A stretch of DNA of 64,000 nt from the sequence record OK335775.1, one strand, 5' to 3'. Shown here one piece after another: positions 56,452 to 64,000 of this stretch; the stretch's first letter is position 1; each line of letters opens with the position of its first letter. The DNA comes from Escherichia phage PSD2002. The notes below the pieces were generated by a model. That model was not told the DNA's origin. It saw nothing but the letters and a program-made list of their open reading frames with translations, and did no database searches. Both the position numbers and the translations under genes were made by a program.

Positions 56452-58159
56452 ATGCAAGAATTCTATTTGACAGTCGAACAAATCGGTGATAATATTCTCG
56501 AACGTTACATCGATAAAAATGGTAACGAACGTAGTCGTGAAGTTCCATACAAGCCTACAATGTTTATGCATGCTAATCCAGAGCAAGCCGTAAAATACAT
56601 TGATATCTATGGTAAGGGTTGTGTTAAGAAAGAATTCGATTCTATGCGTGATGCATCCCAATGGATGAAACGTATGGATGATATGGGTCTCGAAGCCCTG
56701 GGTATGGACGACTATAAATTAGCCTATTTGTCTGATACCTATCGTAAAGAAATCAAATATGATTCTTCTAAGATTCGTATTGCTAACTTCGACATCGAGG
56801 TAACATCTCCTGATGGATTCCCTGAACCAGCTCAGGCTAAACATCCTATCGATGCCATTACCCACTACGACTCGATTGACGATAAATTCTATGTATTCGA
56901 CCTTTTAGTTTCGCCTTATGGTACTGTTGAAGAGTGGTCGATTAAAATCGCTGAGAAACTCCAAGACGAAGGTGGTGACGAAGTTCCACAGGAAATCATT
57001 GACAAAATCGTTTATCTTCCGTTTAATTCTGAAGAAGAAATGATGCTTGAGTACTTGAATTTCTGGCAACAGAAAACTCCTGTGATTTTGACTGGATGGA
57101 ACGTTGAGTCGTTTGACGTACCGTACGTTTATAACCGTCTGAAAAATCTGTTCGGTGAGAACACTGCTAAGCGATTAAGCCCACATCGTAAAACTCGCGT
57201 TAAAGTTATTGAGAACATGTACGGTGCTCGTGAAATCATTACATTGTTCGGTATCTCTGTTCTGGATTATATCGACCTTTATAAAAAATTCAGCTTCACC
57301 AACCAGCCTTCTTATTCTCTGGATTATGTTTCTGAATATGAATTGAAAGTGGGTAAGTTGAAATATGATGGTCCAATCTCTAAGTTACGTGAGACGAACC
57401 ACCAACGATATATTTCCTATAACATTATCGACGTATATCGTGTTGTGCAAATTGATATGAAACGCCAGTTCATTCTTCTGAGTTTGGACATGGGTTATTA
57501 TGCCAAGATGCAGATTCAGTCGGTGTTCAGTCCAATTAAGACTTGGGACGCTATTATCTTTAATAGCCTTAAAGAACAAGGCAAGGTAATTCCACAAGCT
57601 CGTTCGCACGTGGTCCAACCTTATCCTGGCGCTTTCGTTAAGGAACCGATTCCTAACGCTTACAAATACGTAATGAGTTTCGACCTTACATCTCTGTACC
57701 CGAGTATCATTCGACAAGTGAATATAAGCCCAGAGACCATCGCAGGGACATTCGCTAACGCACCGATACATGAATATATTGCTGGAACTGCTCAGCGTCC
57801 TAGCGACACCTACAGTTGCTCTCCTAACGGCATGATGTATTATAAAGACCGTGAAGGTGTGATTCCTACAGAAATCACCAAGGTATTCTTGCAGCGTAAA
57901 GAACATAAAGGTTATATGCTTGCAGCTCAACGTAATGGTGAGTTAATTAAAGAAGCATTGGAAAATCCTAATCCCTCAGTTGATAGTCCACTGGATATCG
58001 ATTATCGTTTTGACTTCTCCGACGAAATCAAAGCCCAGATTAAAGCACTGTCAGCGCCTTCTTTAAGAGAAATGTTGAAGAAAGCCGAGCTCACTGAAGT
58101 TGCAGGTAACACTGCTCAGATTAACCGTAAGTTGCTTATCAACAGCCTGTATGGTGCGT
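56452..58159 (+). CDS. 43: DNA polymerase gp43, exon 1 (N-terminal exonuclease domain and start of polymerase domain)
   Basis: Starts MQEFYLTVEQIGDNILERYIDKNGNE after AAAGGAAA; ends ...NRKLLINSLYGAL; the unspliced frame hits TAA at 58168-58170. Confidence 0.85.
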
Positions 58160-58389
58160 TAACCAAATAACTCGGCGCACTTTAAACTATGTGAATTCAG
58201 GGAACATCTCTAGTAGACAATCCTGAGCGAAGCCTCTATGAGGAACGTGCAACGACTATCCGAAAGGAGTACACCCAAGTGGGTGGAAGCGCATAGCATC
58301 GAAAGATGATGATATAGTCTGCTCTGCATGGCGACATGCAGCTGGATATAATTCCGGGCTGAGCTTAACGACCTCAGTTGAACACCGTG
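58160..58389 (+). ncRNA. putative self-splicing group I intron (ORF-less, 230 nt) in gene 43
   Basis: Exon GUGCGU pairs with intron GCGCAC (58175-58180) with U.G at the splice site; GACUA (58254) and UAGUC (58315) form a P7-like pairing; terminal G at 58389; splicing restores GAL-GNVWFRYYD. Confidence 0.65.
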
Positions 58390-59393
58390 TGGGTAACGTC
58401 TGGTTCCGCTACTATGATTTGCGTAATGCAACTGCAATCACACTGTTCGGTCAAATGGCCCTCCAATGGATTGAACGTAAGGTTAACGAATATCTGAATA
58501 GCGTGTGTAAAACTGAAAACCAGAAGTTCGTGCTCTATGGTGATACTGACTCCATTTATGTTAAGGCAGATGCAATCATCAATAAAGTAGGCGAAGATAA
58601 ATTTCGTGACACTAACCACTGGGTCGACTTCTTAGATAAATTTGCACGTGAACGTATGGAACCAGCTATTGATGCAGGCTTCCGTGAGATGTGCGAGTAT
58701 ATGAACAACAAACAGCACTTGATGTTCATGGACCGAGAAGCTATCGCAGGTCCTCCACTTGGTTCTAAAGGTCTTGGTGGATTCTGGACAGGCAAGAAAC
58801 GTTATGCACTGAACGTTTGGGACATGGAAGGTACTCGTTATGCCGAACCGCACTTGAAAATCATGGGCCTTGAAACTCAGAAATCAAGTACACCTAAAGC
58901 AGTTCAGAAAGCTCTGAAGGAATGTATCCGTCGTATGCTTCAGGAAGGCGAGGCATCTTTGCAAGAATATTTCAAACAGTTTAATAAGGAATTTAACGAA
59001 CTCAACTATGTAAGCATTGCAGCAGTATCCAGTGCTAACAACATCGAGAAATATAATGAAGGTGGATTCCCGGGTTCTAAATGTCCATACCACATCAAAG
59101 GTTGCTTAGCTTACATGCGTGCTTCTGCAGGTGATTTGACTATGCCTCGTATCGTTGATGGTGAAAAGGTATATGTACTGCCACTTAAAGAAGGCAACCC
59201 GTTTGGTGAAGCTTGTATGGCATGGCCGTCAGGTATTGAACTTCCGGTTCAGATTCGTGACCAAGTCCTCCGTTGGATGGACTACAACGTACTGTTCCAA
59301 AAGACCTTTATCAAGCCTCTGACCGGTTTTACTGAGTCTGCTAAAATCGACTACGAGAAAAAAGCAACATTATTTGATATGTTCGACTTTTAA
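58390..59393 (+). CDS. 43: DNA polymerase gp43, exon 2 (C-terminal polymerase domain)
   Basis: GNVWFRYYDLRNATAI ... YGDTDSIYV (polymerase motif C) ... SLFDMFDF; no SD upstream of the in-frame GTG. Confidence 0.85.
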
Positions 59394-59395
59394 GT

Positions 59396-59425
59396 GTTTA
59401 CATACCACAAGGAACGTGGTAGTAT
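59396..59425 (+). promoter_or_regulatory. T4-type early promoter cassette
   Basis: GTTTAC ... TGGTAGTATCCTTCCTATCAA. Confidence 0.55.
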
Positions 59426-59455
59426 CCTTCCTATCAACTACATGAGGAAATTACA

Positions 59456-59692
59456 ATGGAAGCTTTAATCGTTAGTGCTGGTGTTTTAGGATTTGGTTCT
59501 CTGGTTATTATGTTCATCGGTTACTTTTTACCATGGATTCTGGCTCTTCTACGAGGCACTCGTAGTAATGTCGGAATTTTCTTCCTAAACCTTCTGTTAG
59601 GATGGACTATGATTGGTTGGGTAGTGGCTTTAATCTGGGCTATCGTCGCTGAACGTAAATCAAATGCACAAATCATTATTGTTAAGCAATGA
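59456..59692 (+). CDS. imm: superinfection immunity membrane protein Imm-like
   Basis: 78-aa two-TM protein immediately downstream of gene 43, as imm is in T4. Confidence 0.55.
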   Translation: MEALIVSAGVLGFGSLVIMFIGYFLPWILALLRGTRSNVGIFFLNLLLGWTMIGWVVALIWAIVAERKSNAQIIIVKQ

Positions 59693-59826
59693 AAATAATT
59701 ATTTTATTTCTTATAATGACTGCCTTTACCATTTATTGGGCAGTGGCAATTCCACCAATGATTCCGACACTAATCATCGGATGGATTATTCTTATAGCAC
59801 AAATTAAGTATAACTGTTTTAATTGA
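59689..59826 (+). CDS. small membrane protein (45 aa)
   Basis: ATGA overlap with the imm stop; MKIIILFLIMTAFTIYWAVAIPPMIPTLIIGWIILIA. Confidence 0.35.
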   Translation: MKIIILFLIMTAFTIYWAVAIPPMIPTLIIGWIILIAQIKYNCFN

Positions 59827-59833
59827 GGATATT

Positions 59834-60334
59834 ATGAAAAAGTTAATTATCGCAATGAGTATGCTCCTATCAGGTTGCGCGGTCCAATATGGTGATGCAG
59901 TTTCGGCCGATGAAGTTGGTAAAGCTCGTATCGCAGCTGAACAGAAACAATTCGATGGCGAAATGAAATTCCGTGCAGGTTCTGGACTTGTGTACACCCG
60001 AGCTAATAATCAATGCGGTAATAACTGTGCAAAATATGCTCAACGAGAAATCGAATTCCAACGTGAACAAGAGTCCAAGCGTGAAGCGGTACTAGCCAAA
60101 CACCAGGCAGAAATGAAGCGTCAAGATGATTTGTACAAAAAGCAGAAACTGTATGCGATGTGCGTAAACCATATCAATCTACAGATTTCCATCCACGAGG
60201 CTCGTTATTACGAAATGCTCGAAACCGAGAGCTTCGGTAAAGCTCGTGATTATAAGAAACAAATCAATAAGCTCAAGACCAAAGCACTGGCGGCAATAGA
60301 ACAGTGTATTGAAATCGGTAAAGATAAGATTTAA
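59834..60334 (+). CDS. lipoprotein
   Basis: Signal peptide with lipobox LLSGC; charged helical mature domain. Confidence 0.55.
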   Translation: MKKLIIAMSMLLSGCAVQYGDAVSADEVGKARIAAEQKQFDGEMKFRAGSGLVYTRANNQCGNNCAKYAQREIEFQREQESKREAVLAKHQAEMKRQDDLYKKQKLYAMCVNHINLQISIHEARYYEMLETESFGKARDYKKQINKLKTKALAAIEQCIEIGKDKI

Positions 60335-60394
60335 GCAATACCAATTTATTAAAAATAGTGTATAATGTACCTACATTCACTTGAGGAACAGATA

Positions 60395-62068
60395 ATGAAA
60401 AAGGTTGTTATTTTAGGCGCGGGTCTTGGCTCACGGTTGTATCCAATTACCAACGAAATCCCGAAGGTACTGGTTAACTACAAACAACATACTGTATTAA
60501 AACATTTGTATGATTTGTATAGTAACCAATCAGATGAAATTATTCTGGTTATTCACAGCAAATTTAACGACCTCGTTAAAGGCTATATTAAATCCATTAA
60601 CATGATTAATAGTGATAAGCCTAAATTCACTATTCGTAACGTAGATGTGGCCAATGGTTCTGCTCATGCTATTGATTGCATTGCTGAAGATATCATTGGG
60701 CACAACGTCTTGTTTAACTGGTGTGATATTATTCCTGAAGGGCATAAAGTTGAGTGGGATAACGACTACTGTTATACCTATGGGACTGACTGTCGTTTTA
60801 CATTTGAAGAGCCATACTTGCGCGAAATTGGCACAGGTGGTGGTGTAGTTGGTTTGTATCAGGTTGCTAATTGGGCAGGTTTCAACCGTTCTAATTATGG
60901 CGAAGACCTGGCCGACAACCTGGATTCGATGGTCCATTTGACCGAACGTAAGCTGGACTTTGTGGTTGATGTCGGTGACAAATTGAAACTGGCTAAGGCC
61001 CATGAAGATTCTGAAATTAACCGTGAATTTAATAAATTAGAGTTCACTGAGAATCTGGCTATTAAAGTACCAACTAACGAATTGGGTAAAGAAATCCAAT
61101 CTAAAGAAATCAATTGGTATAATTCTATTGATTCTGAATTTGTTCCGAGCATTGTAGACTTTGCTCCAGGTGAATTCATTAAAATGGAACGTATCTTTGG
61201 TCGTACCATGGCAGATGCCTACCGGTTTATGGCTAAAGAAACTAAAGTCCTCATGGTTTATAAGGTCATTAGTGCATTACGTTCATTCGGTGGAACTATT
61301 GATAACCCATCTGATGAGCAATGGTATTCTGATGTTAAGAAAGAAGTACTAGATAAGGTCCTTATTCGTAATGCATCAATTTCTGGTCTGATTGAAGGCT
61401 TTGCTCCACAAGGTATTACCCATGTTAACGACTTCAAGGTAGGCGACCCTGAAAAACTTCTTCGCCATGCACTAGAAATTCTGTCTGAACATAAAGAACC
61501 GTACCAACTTATTCATGGTGACCCGCACTACAGTAATATTATGCTGTCGGACGAAGGTGATATTAAAATCATCGACCCACGTGGTTATTTTGGTAATAGT
61601 TCTAAAGGCCCTGCGATTTATGATGAAGCTAAGGTGCTTTATTCTATCGATGGTTATGACAAATTTAACTCCGACCCTCTATGGGGTGGCTTAACTCGTA
61701 ACGGAACTCGAGTATTCGTTGATATTGAAAAGGTTATGCCTTTAGATGATATTCCAATGTGTACATTTAAGCACAAGCTCTGGATTGCCGTTATCTGGAT
61801 GGCATTAGCAGGTTACTTTAAGAATAATCCTCTGAAAGCTCTAGGTGCTTATTACAACGGTCTATACCAACTGAGTGTGCTGCTGAAGCGGCATCCTCGT
61901 AAGCGTAAGCTTATTACAGGTGAATTTGTCGATGAAGTTCGTGACCCTATCACGGCTCAAATTATCACTCGTTGTCCTGATAAGTGGGTTTTGCTTGACC
62001 AGGAAACTGGTGTAAAATATAAACCTACAGGTTCTACTGAACTCCACAAACAATGGAAGAAAATTTAA
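60395..62068 (+). CDS. bifunctional sugar-1-phosphate nucleotidyltransferase / anomeric sugar kinase (APH-ChoK fold)
   Basis: N-terminal ILGAGLGSRLYPITNEIPKVLV (sugar nucleotidyltransferase G-x-G-x-R signature); C-terminal LIHGDPHYSNIML ... IKIIDPRG (aminoglycoside/choline kinase-type catalytic loop). Confidence 0.65.
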   Translation: MKKVVILGAGLGSRLYPITNEIPKVLVNYKQHTVLKHLYDLYSNQSDEIILVIHSKFNDLVKGYIKSINMINSDKPKFTIRNVDVANGSAHAIDCIAEDIIGHNVLFNWCDIIPEGHKVEWDNDYCYTYGTDCRFTFEEPYLREIGTGGGVVGLYQVANWAGFNRSNYGEDLADNLDSMVHLTERKLDFVVDVGDKLKLAKAHEDSEINREFNKLEFTENLAIKVPTNELGKEIQSKEINWYNSIDSEFVPSIVDFAPGEFIKMERIFGRTMADAYRFMAKETKVLMVYKVISALRSFGGTIDNPSDEQWYSDVKKEVLDKVLIRNASISGLIEGFAPQGITHVNDFKVGDPEKLLRHALEILSEHKEPYQLIHGDPHYSNIMLSDEGDIKIIDPRGYFGNSSKGPAIYDEAKVLYSIDGYDKFNSDPLWGGLTRNGTRVFVDIEKVMPLDDIPMCTFKHKLWIAVIWMALAGYFKNNPLKALGAYYNGLYQLSVLLKRHPRKRKLITGEFVDEVRDPITAQIITRCPDKWVLLDQETGVKYKPTGSTELHKQWKKI

Positions 62069-62451
62069 TGTCGCATCGAGTAGAAAATAAGCCCCATTTA
62101 TGTTTTGACATCGATAATACAATCACGGTTTGGAACCACGACCGTGATTATGAAAACTTTAAACCGGACACCGAAATGGTGTCCATGATTAATAAGCTTT
62201 ATGATGAAGGCCATGAGATTACATTGTTCACTGCTCGTGGTATGACTTCATGTGGCCCTGGTCGAATCTTGGTTGAAGTAGTTCCTGCATTAGTTAAGAA
62301 CCTTGAAAAGATTGGTTTGAAATACCATAATTTGCTTACACATAAGCCGAGTTATACTTTTATCATCGATGACCGAGCAATCCGTCCTGACCACTTTAAA
62401 GAAATGGTTCGTGAAGGAACTCTTGAAACCTATAAGGCATATCATCCGTGA
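62068..62451 (+). CDS. HAD-superfamily phosphatase
   Basis: Motif I LCFDIDNTIT (DxDxT); start overlaps the upstream stop (TAATG). Confidence 0.6.
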   Translation: MSHRVENKPHLCFDIDNTITVWNHDRDYENFKPDTEMVSMINKLYDEGHEITLFTARGMTSCGPGRILVEVVPALVKNLEKIGLKYHNLLTHKPSYTFIIDDRAIRPDHFKEMVREGTLETYKAYHP

Positions 62452-62984
62452 AACCAAAAATCATTATTATCGACGGCCCGGATAATTCCGGGAAGTCTGC
62501 TTTAATTGAATCACTTTTATCTGATAAGAAATATCGTCTTATCGATTTCCCTAAAAAGATTAATGGCAAATGCATTTCATTAGGGACCGATAATGACAAG
62601 GCTTTAGTCGAGACGTTGTATAAGTTTTTAGACCCTAATTTCGTTTACATCCTTGACCGTGGTTATCCAAGTAATATTGTTTACTCAGGATTCCTTCGTG
62701 GTGAAATGGACCCTTATGTGGAACTAGCAGATTGGATTGATTTCAAAAAAGAATTCAATATCATTGAGATTATTTTAACCCGTAATCCGTTGGATGAAGA
62801 CTTTGAAGATGACCTTATTAAATTAACCAAAGATGAGTTCAATCTAACTATCCGGCAATATGAAACATGTTTTGAAAACGTGTTTAAAATCTTAAATCAC
62901 GACGGCCATAATAACTTGCTTAACGTCGATATGGTAGAATTAAAACGTCTGAATGAATATATTGAAAATAAGGTGAATAAATGA
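62448..62984 (+). CDS. P-loop (deoxy)nucleotide/nucleoside kinase-like protein
   Basis: IIIIDGPDNSGKSALIESL resembles thymidylate/dNMP kinase P-loops; GTG start overlapping the upstream stop. Confidence 0.5.
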   Translation: MKPKIIIIDGPDNSGKSALIESLLSDKKYRLIDFPKKINGKCISLGTDNDKALVETLYKFLDPNFVYILDRGYPSNIVYSGFLRGEMDPYVELADWIDFKKEFNIIEIILTRNPLDEDFEDDLIKLTKDEFNLTIRQYETCFENVFKILNHDGHNNLLNVDMVELKRLNEYIENKVNK

Positions 62985-63679
62985 AACACATTACCGCTGT
63001 TAGTTTTGAAAACGCGTTTAAGCAAATGAACGAAGAAATCCTGGAAGCTCCACAGTTTGCAGTTGATTCTCGTATCGGCCGTTGTTATGAAATTGGTTCT
63101 GCTTCGGTAGAAGTACTGGATGCAAGCACCTATAAATTCACCGACCCTCGTATTAATCGTATCAACTACGATTATGCCGAATCTTTCTGGAAATTTATGA
63201 TTTCTGGTGGTACTGACGCCGCCGAAGCATTTAAGGAATACCCTAATGTTGCTAAGTTCATTGATAAGCCGAAAAGTGACGTATTGCCTGCAAACTTCAA
63301 CACTTTCTATGGACCTCGAATTGTGGCCCAACTCCCAGCCCTACTTAAAGAGCTTAAAGAGAAGCCTAACTCGCGAAGAGTTGTGTTCCAAATTCTCCAA
63401 GAACAAGACCAAGCCCTCCTTGATTCTGACGAATCCCTAGAATATCCATGTACCGATTCGGTAACATATTATATTCGTGATGGACGTCTGTACGCACATA
63501 CTCATATGCGTTCACAGAACTGTGCTATCGTTATGCAGCTGGATTTCTATCTGCAGGGTAAACTGATGGCCTTTATTGCTGAACAGTGTGGTGTTGGTCT
63601 GGGTACATATTCCCATACTATGGTTAGTGCACACGTATTTGAACGTGATTTTGACTACGTTCGAGGATTCCTGAAATGA
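62981..63679 (+). CDS. 42: dCMP hydroxymethylase-like (thymidylate synthase fold) gp42 homolog
   Basis: 232 aa; EYPCTDSVTYYIRDGRLYAHTHMRSQN resembles the catalytic-Cys region of T4 gp42 / thymidylate synthase as I recall it; position downstream of imm. Confidence 0.6.
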   Translation: MKHITAVSFENAFKQMNEEILEAPQFAVDSRIGRCYEIGSASVEVLDASTYKFTDPRINRINYDYAESFWKFMISGGTDAAEAFKEYPNVAKFIDKPKSDVLPANFNTFYGPRIVAQLPALLKELKEKPNSRRVVFQILQEQDQALLDSDESLEYPCTDSVTYYIRDGRLYAHTHMRSQNCAIVMQLDFYLQGKLMAFIAEQCGVGLGTYSHTMVSAHVFERDFDYVRGFLK

Positions 63680-64000
63680 GCCTGTTTATCGTTCCTATTT
63701 TCAGTATGCGTAGTTACGAAACAGGTGAATATGCCGTCCTTAAGGACGGTAATTTTCAACTCCATTTAAACCGTGCTCGCCCAGGTGATTATCTGGCTTA
63801 TCCTAGAAATTCGAGCGATATCAAAGAATGTATTGAATTGTTTCCTGAACTGAATTTCGTACCACTTTGGTATAAAGAAAATGCTTATGAAACTCGTAAA
63901 CATTTTTGGTCTGAAAATGAGTTCGTCGTTGATTCATTAATCGAATACTACGACTGCTCAGGATTAGTAACCGATATCACAGGTTATGATGGTGCTCAGA
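63676..64000 (+). CDS. hypothetical protein, N-terminal 108 codons (possible DNA glycosyltransferase in the beta-gt position; runs past window end)
   Basis: ATGA overlap with the gp42 stop; open to the window edge; functional guess from synteny only. Confidence 0.4.
   Translation, partial: MSLFIVPIFSMRSYETGEYAVLKDGNFQLHLNRARPGDYLAYPRNSSDIKECIELFPELNFVPLWYKENAYETRKHFWSENEFVVDSLIEYYDCSGLVTDITGYDGAQ

Noticed and set aside
58210-58437. Minus-strand 75-aa ORF spanning the gene 43 insert
   Set aside because: Lies antisense within the intron-like RNA and the polymerase exon; no start context. The region is better explained as structured RNA.
58389-59393. Gene 43 split into two independently translated cistrons (43A/43B) with GTG start at 58389
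   Set aside because: No Shine-Dalgarno precedes the GTG, while the insert has group I hallmarks (IGS pairing with U.G, P7 pairing, terminal G). Kept as the alternative to be excluded experimentally.
15420-59425. Repeated about 45-bp elements considered as a CRISPR array or mobile-element terminal repeats
   Set aside because: Copies are dispersed, each upstream of a different gene, and have promoter architecture (-35-like GTTTAC, extended -10). No regular repeat-spacer periodicity and no cas or transposase genes.
60530-61003. Minus-strand 157-aa ORF inside the nucleotidyltransferase/kinase gene
   Set aside because: Embedded antisense in a gene with strong motif support on the plus strand.

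Overview
This 64 kb window is a contiguous segment of a T4-like (Tevenvirinae, RB69-like) myovirus genome. No rRNA, CRISPR array, integrase or transposase is present. Coordinates 1-11591 (minus strand) carry the late baseplate genes 10 (partial), 9, 8, 7, 6, an unassigned 695-aa ORF, 5 and 53. From 11637 onward everything is on the plus strand: genes 4, 2, 3, 1, 57A, 57B, a set of internal-protein-like genes with the MKTY(N/Q)EF capsid-targeting N-terminus, two tRNAs plus an ORF-free stable-RNA-like stretch, then a long early region of about 90 small ORFs. Recognisable anchors in that region are nudE, lysozyme e, denV, an HNH homing endonuclease, a macro-domain protein, tk, nrdC, endonuclease VII (49), sigma factor gp55, gp47/gp46, rpbA, gp45, a GIY-YIG-like endonuclease inserted between 45 and 44, gp44, gp62, regA, DNA polymerase gp43, imm and a gp42-like dCMP hydroxymethylase. 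The early region is punctuated by at least 15 near-identical promoter cassettes (GTTTAC ... TGaTACTATAGACCTATCAA), several with inverted repeats that sequester the downstream Shine-Dalgarno. The findings I rank highest are: (1) a nucleotide-sugar biosynthesis cassette (fused nucleotidyltransferase/anomeric kinase, HAD phosphatase, P-loop kinase) sitting between imm and gene 42, most simply explained as a DNA hypermodification pathway; (2) gene 43 interrupted by a 230-nt ORF-less element with group I intron hallmarks; (3) the 695-aa ORF between hub gene 5 and wedge gene 6, where T4 has only small genes; (4) a tandem array of four small paralogs ending in a C-terminal cysteine; (5) a macro-domain protein and a Pol-beta-type nucleotidyltransferase as anti-defence candidates. 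All identifications rest on reading the supplied translations against remembered T4 protein sequences, gene order and motifs; no database search was run.
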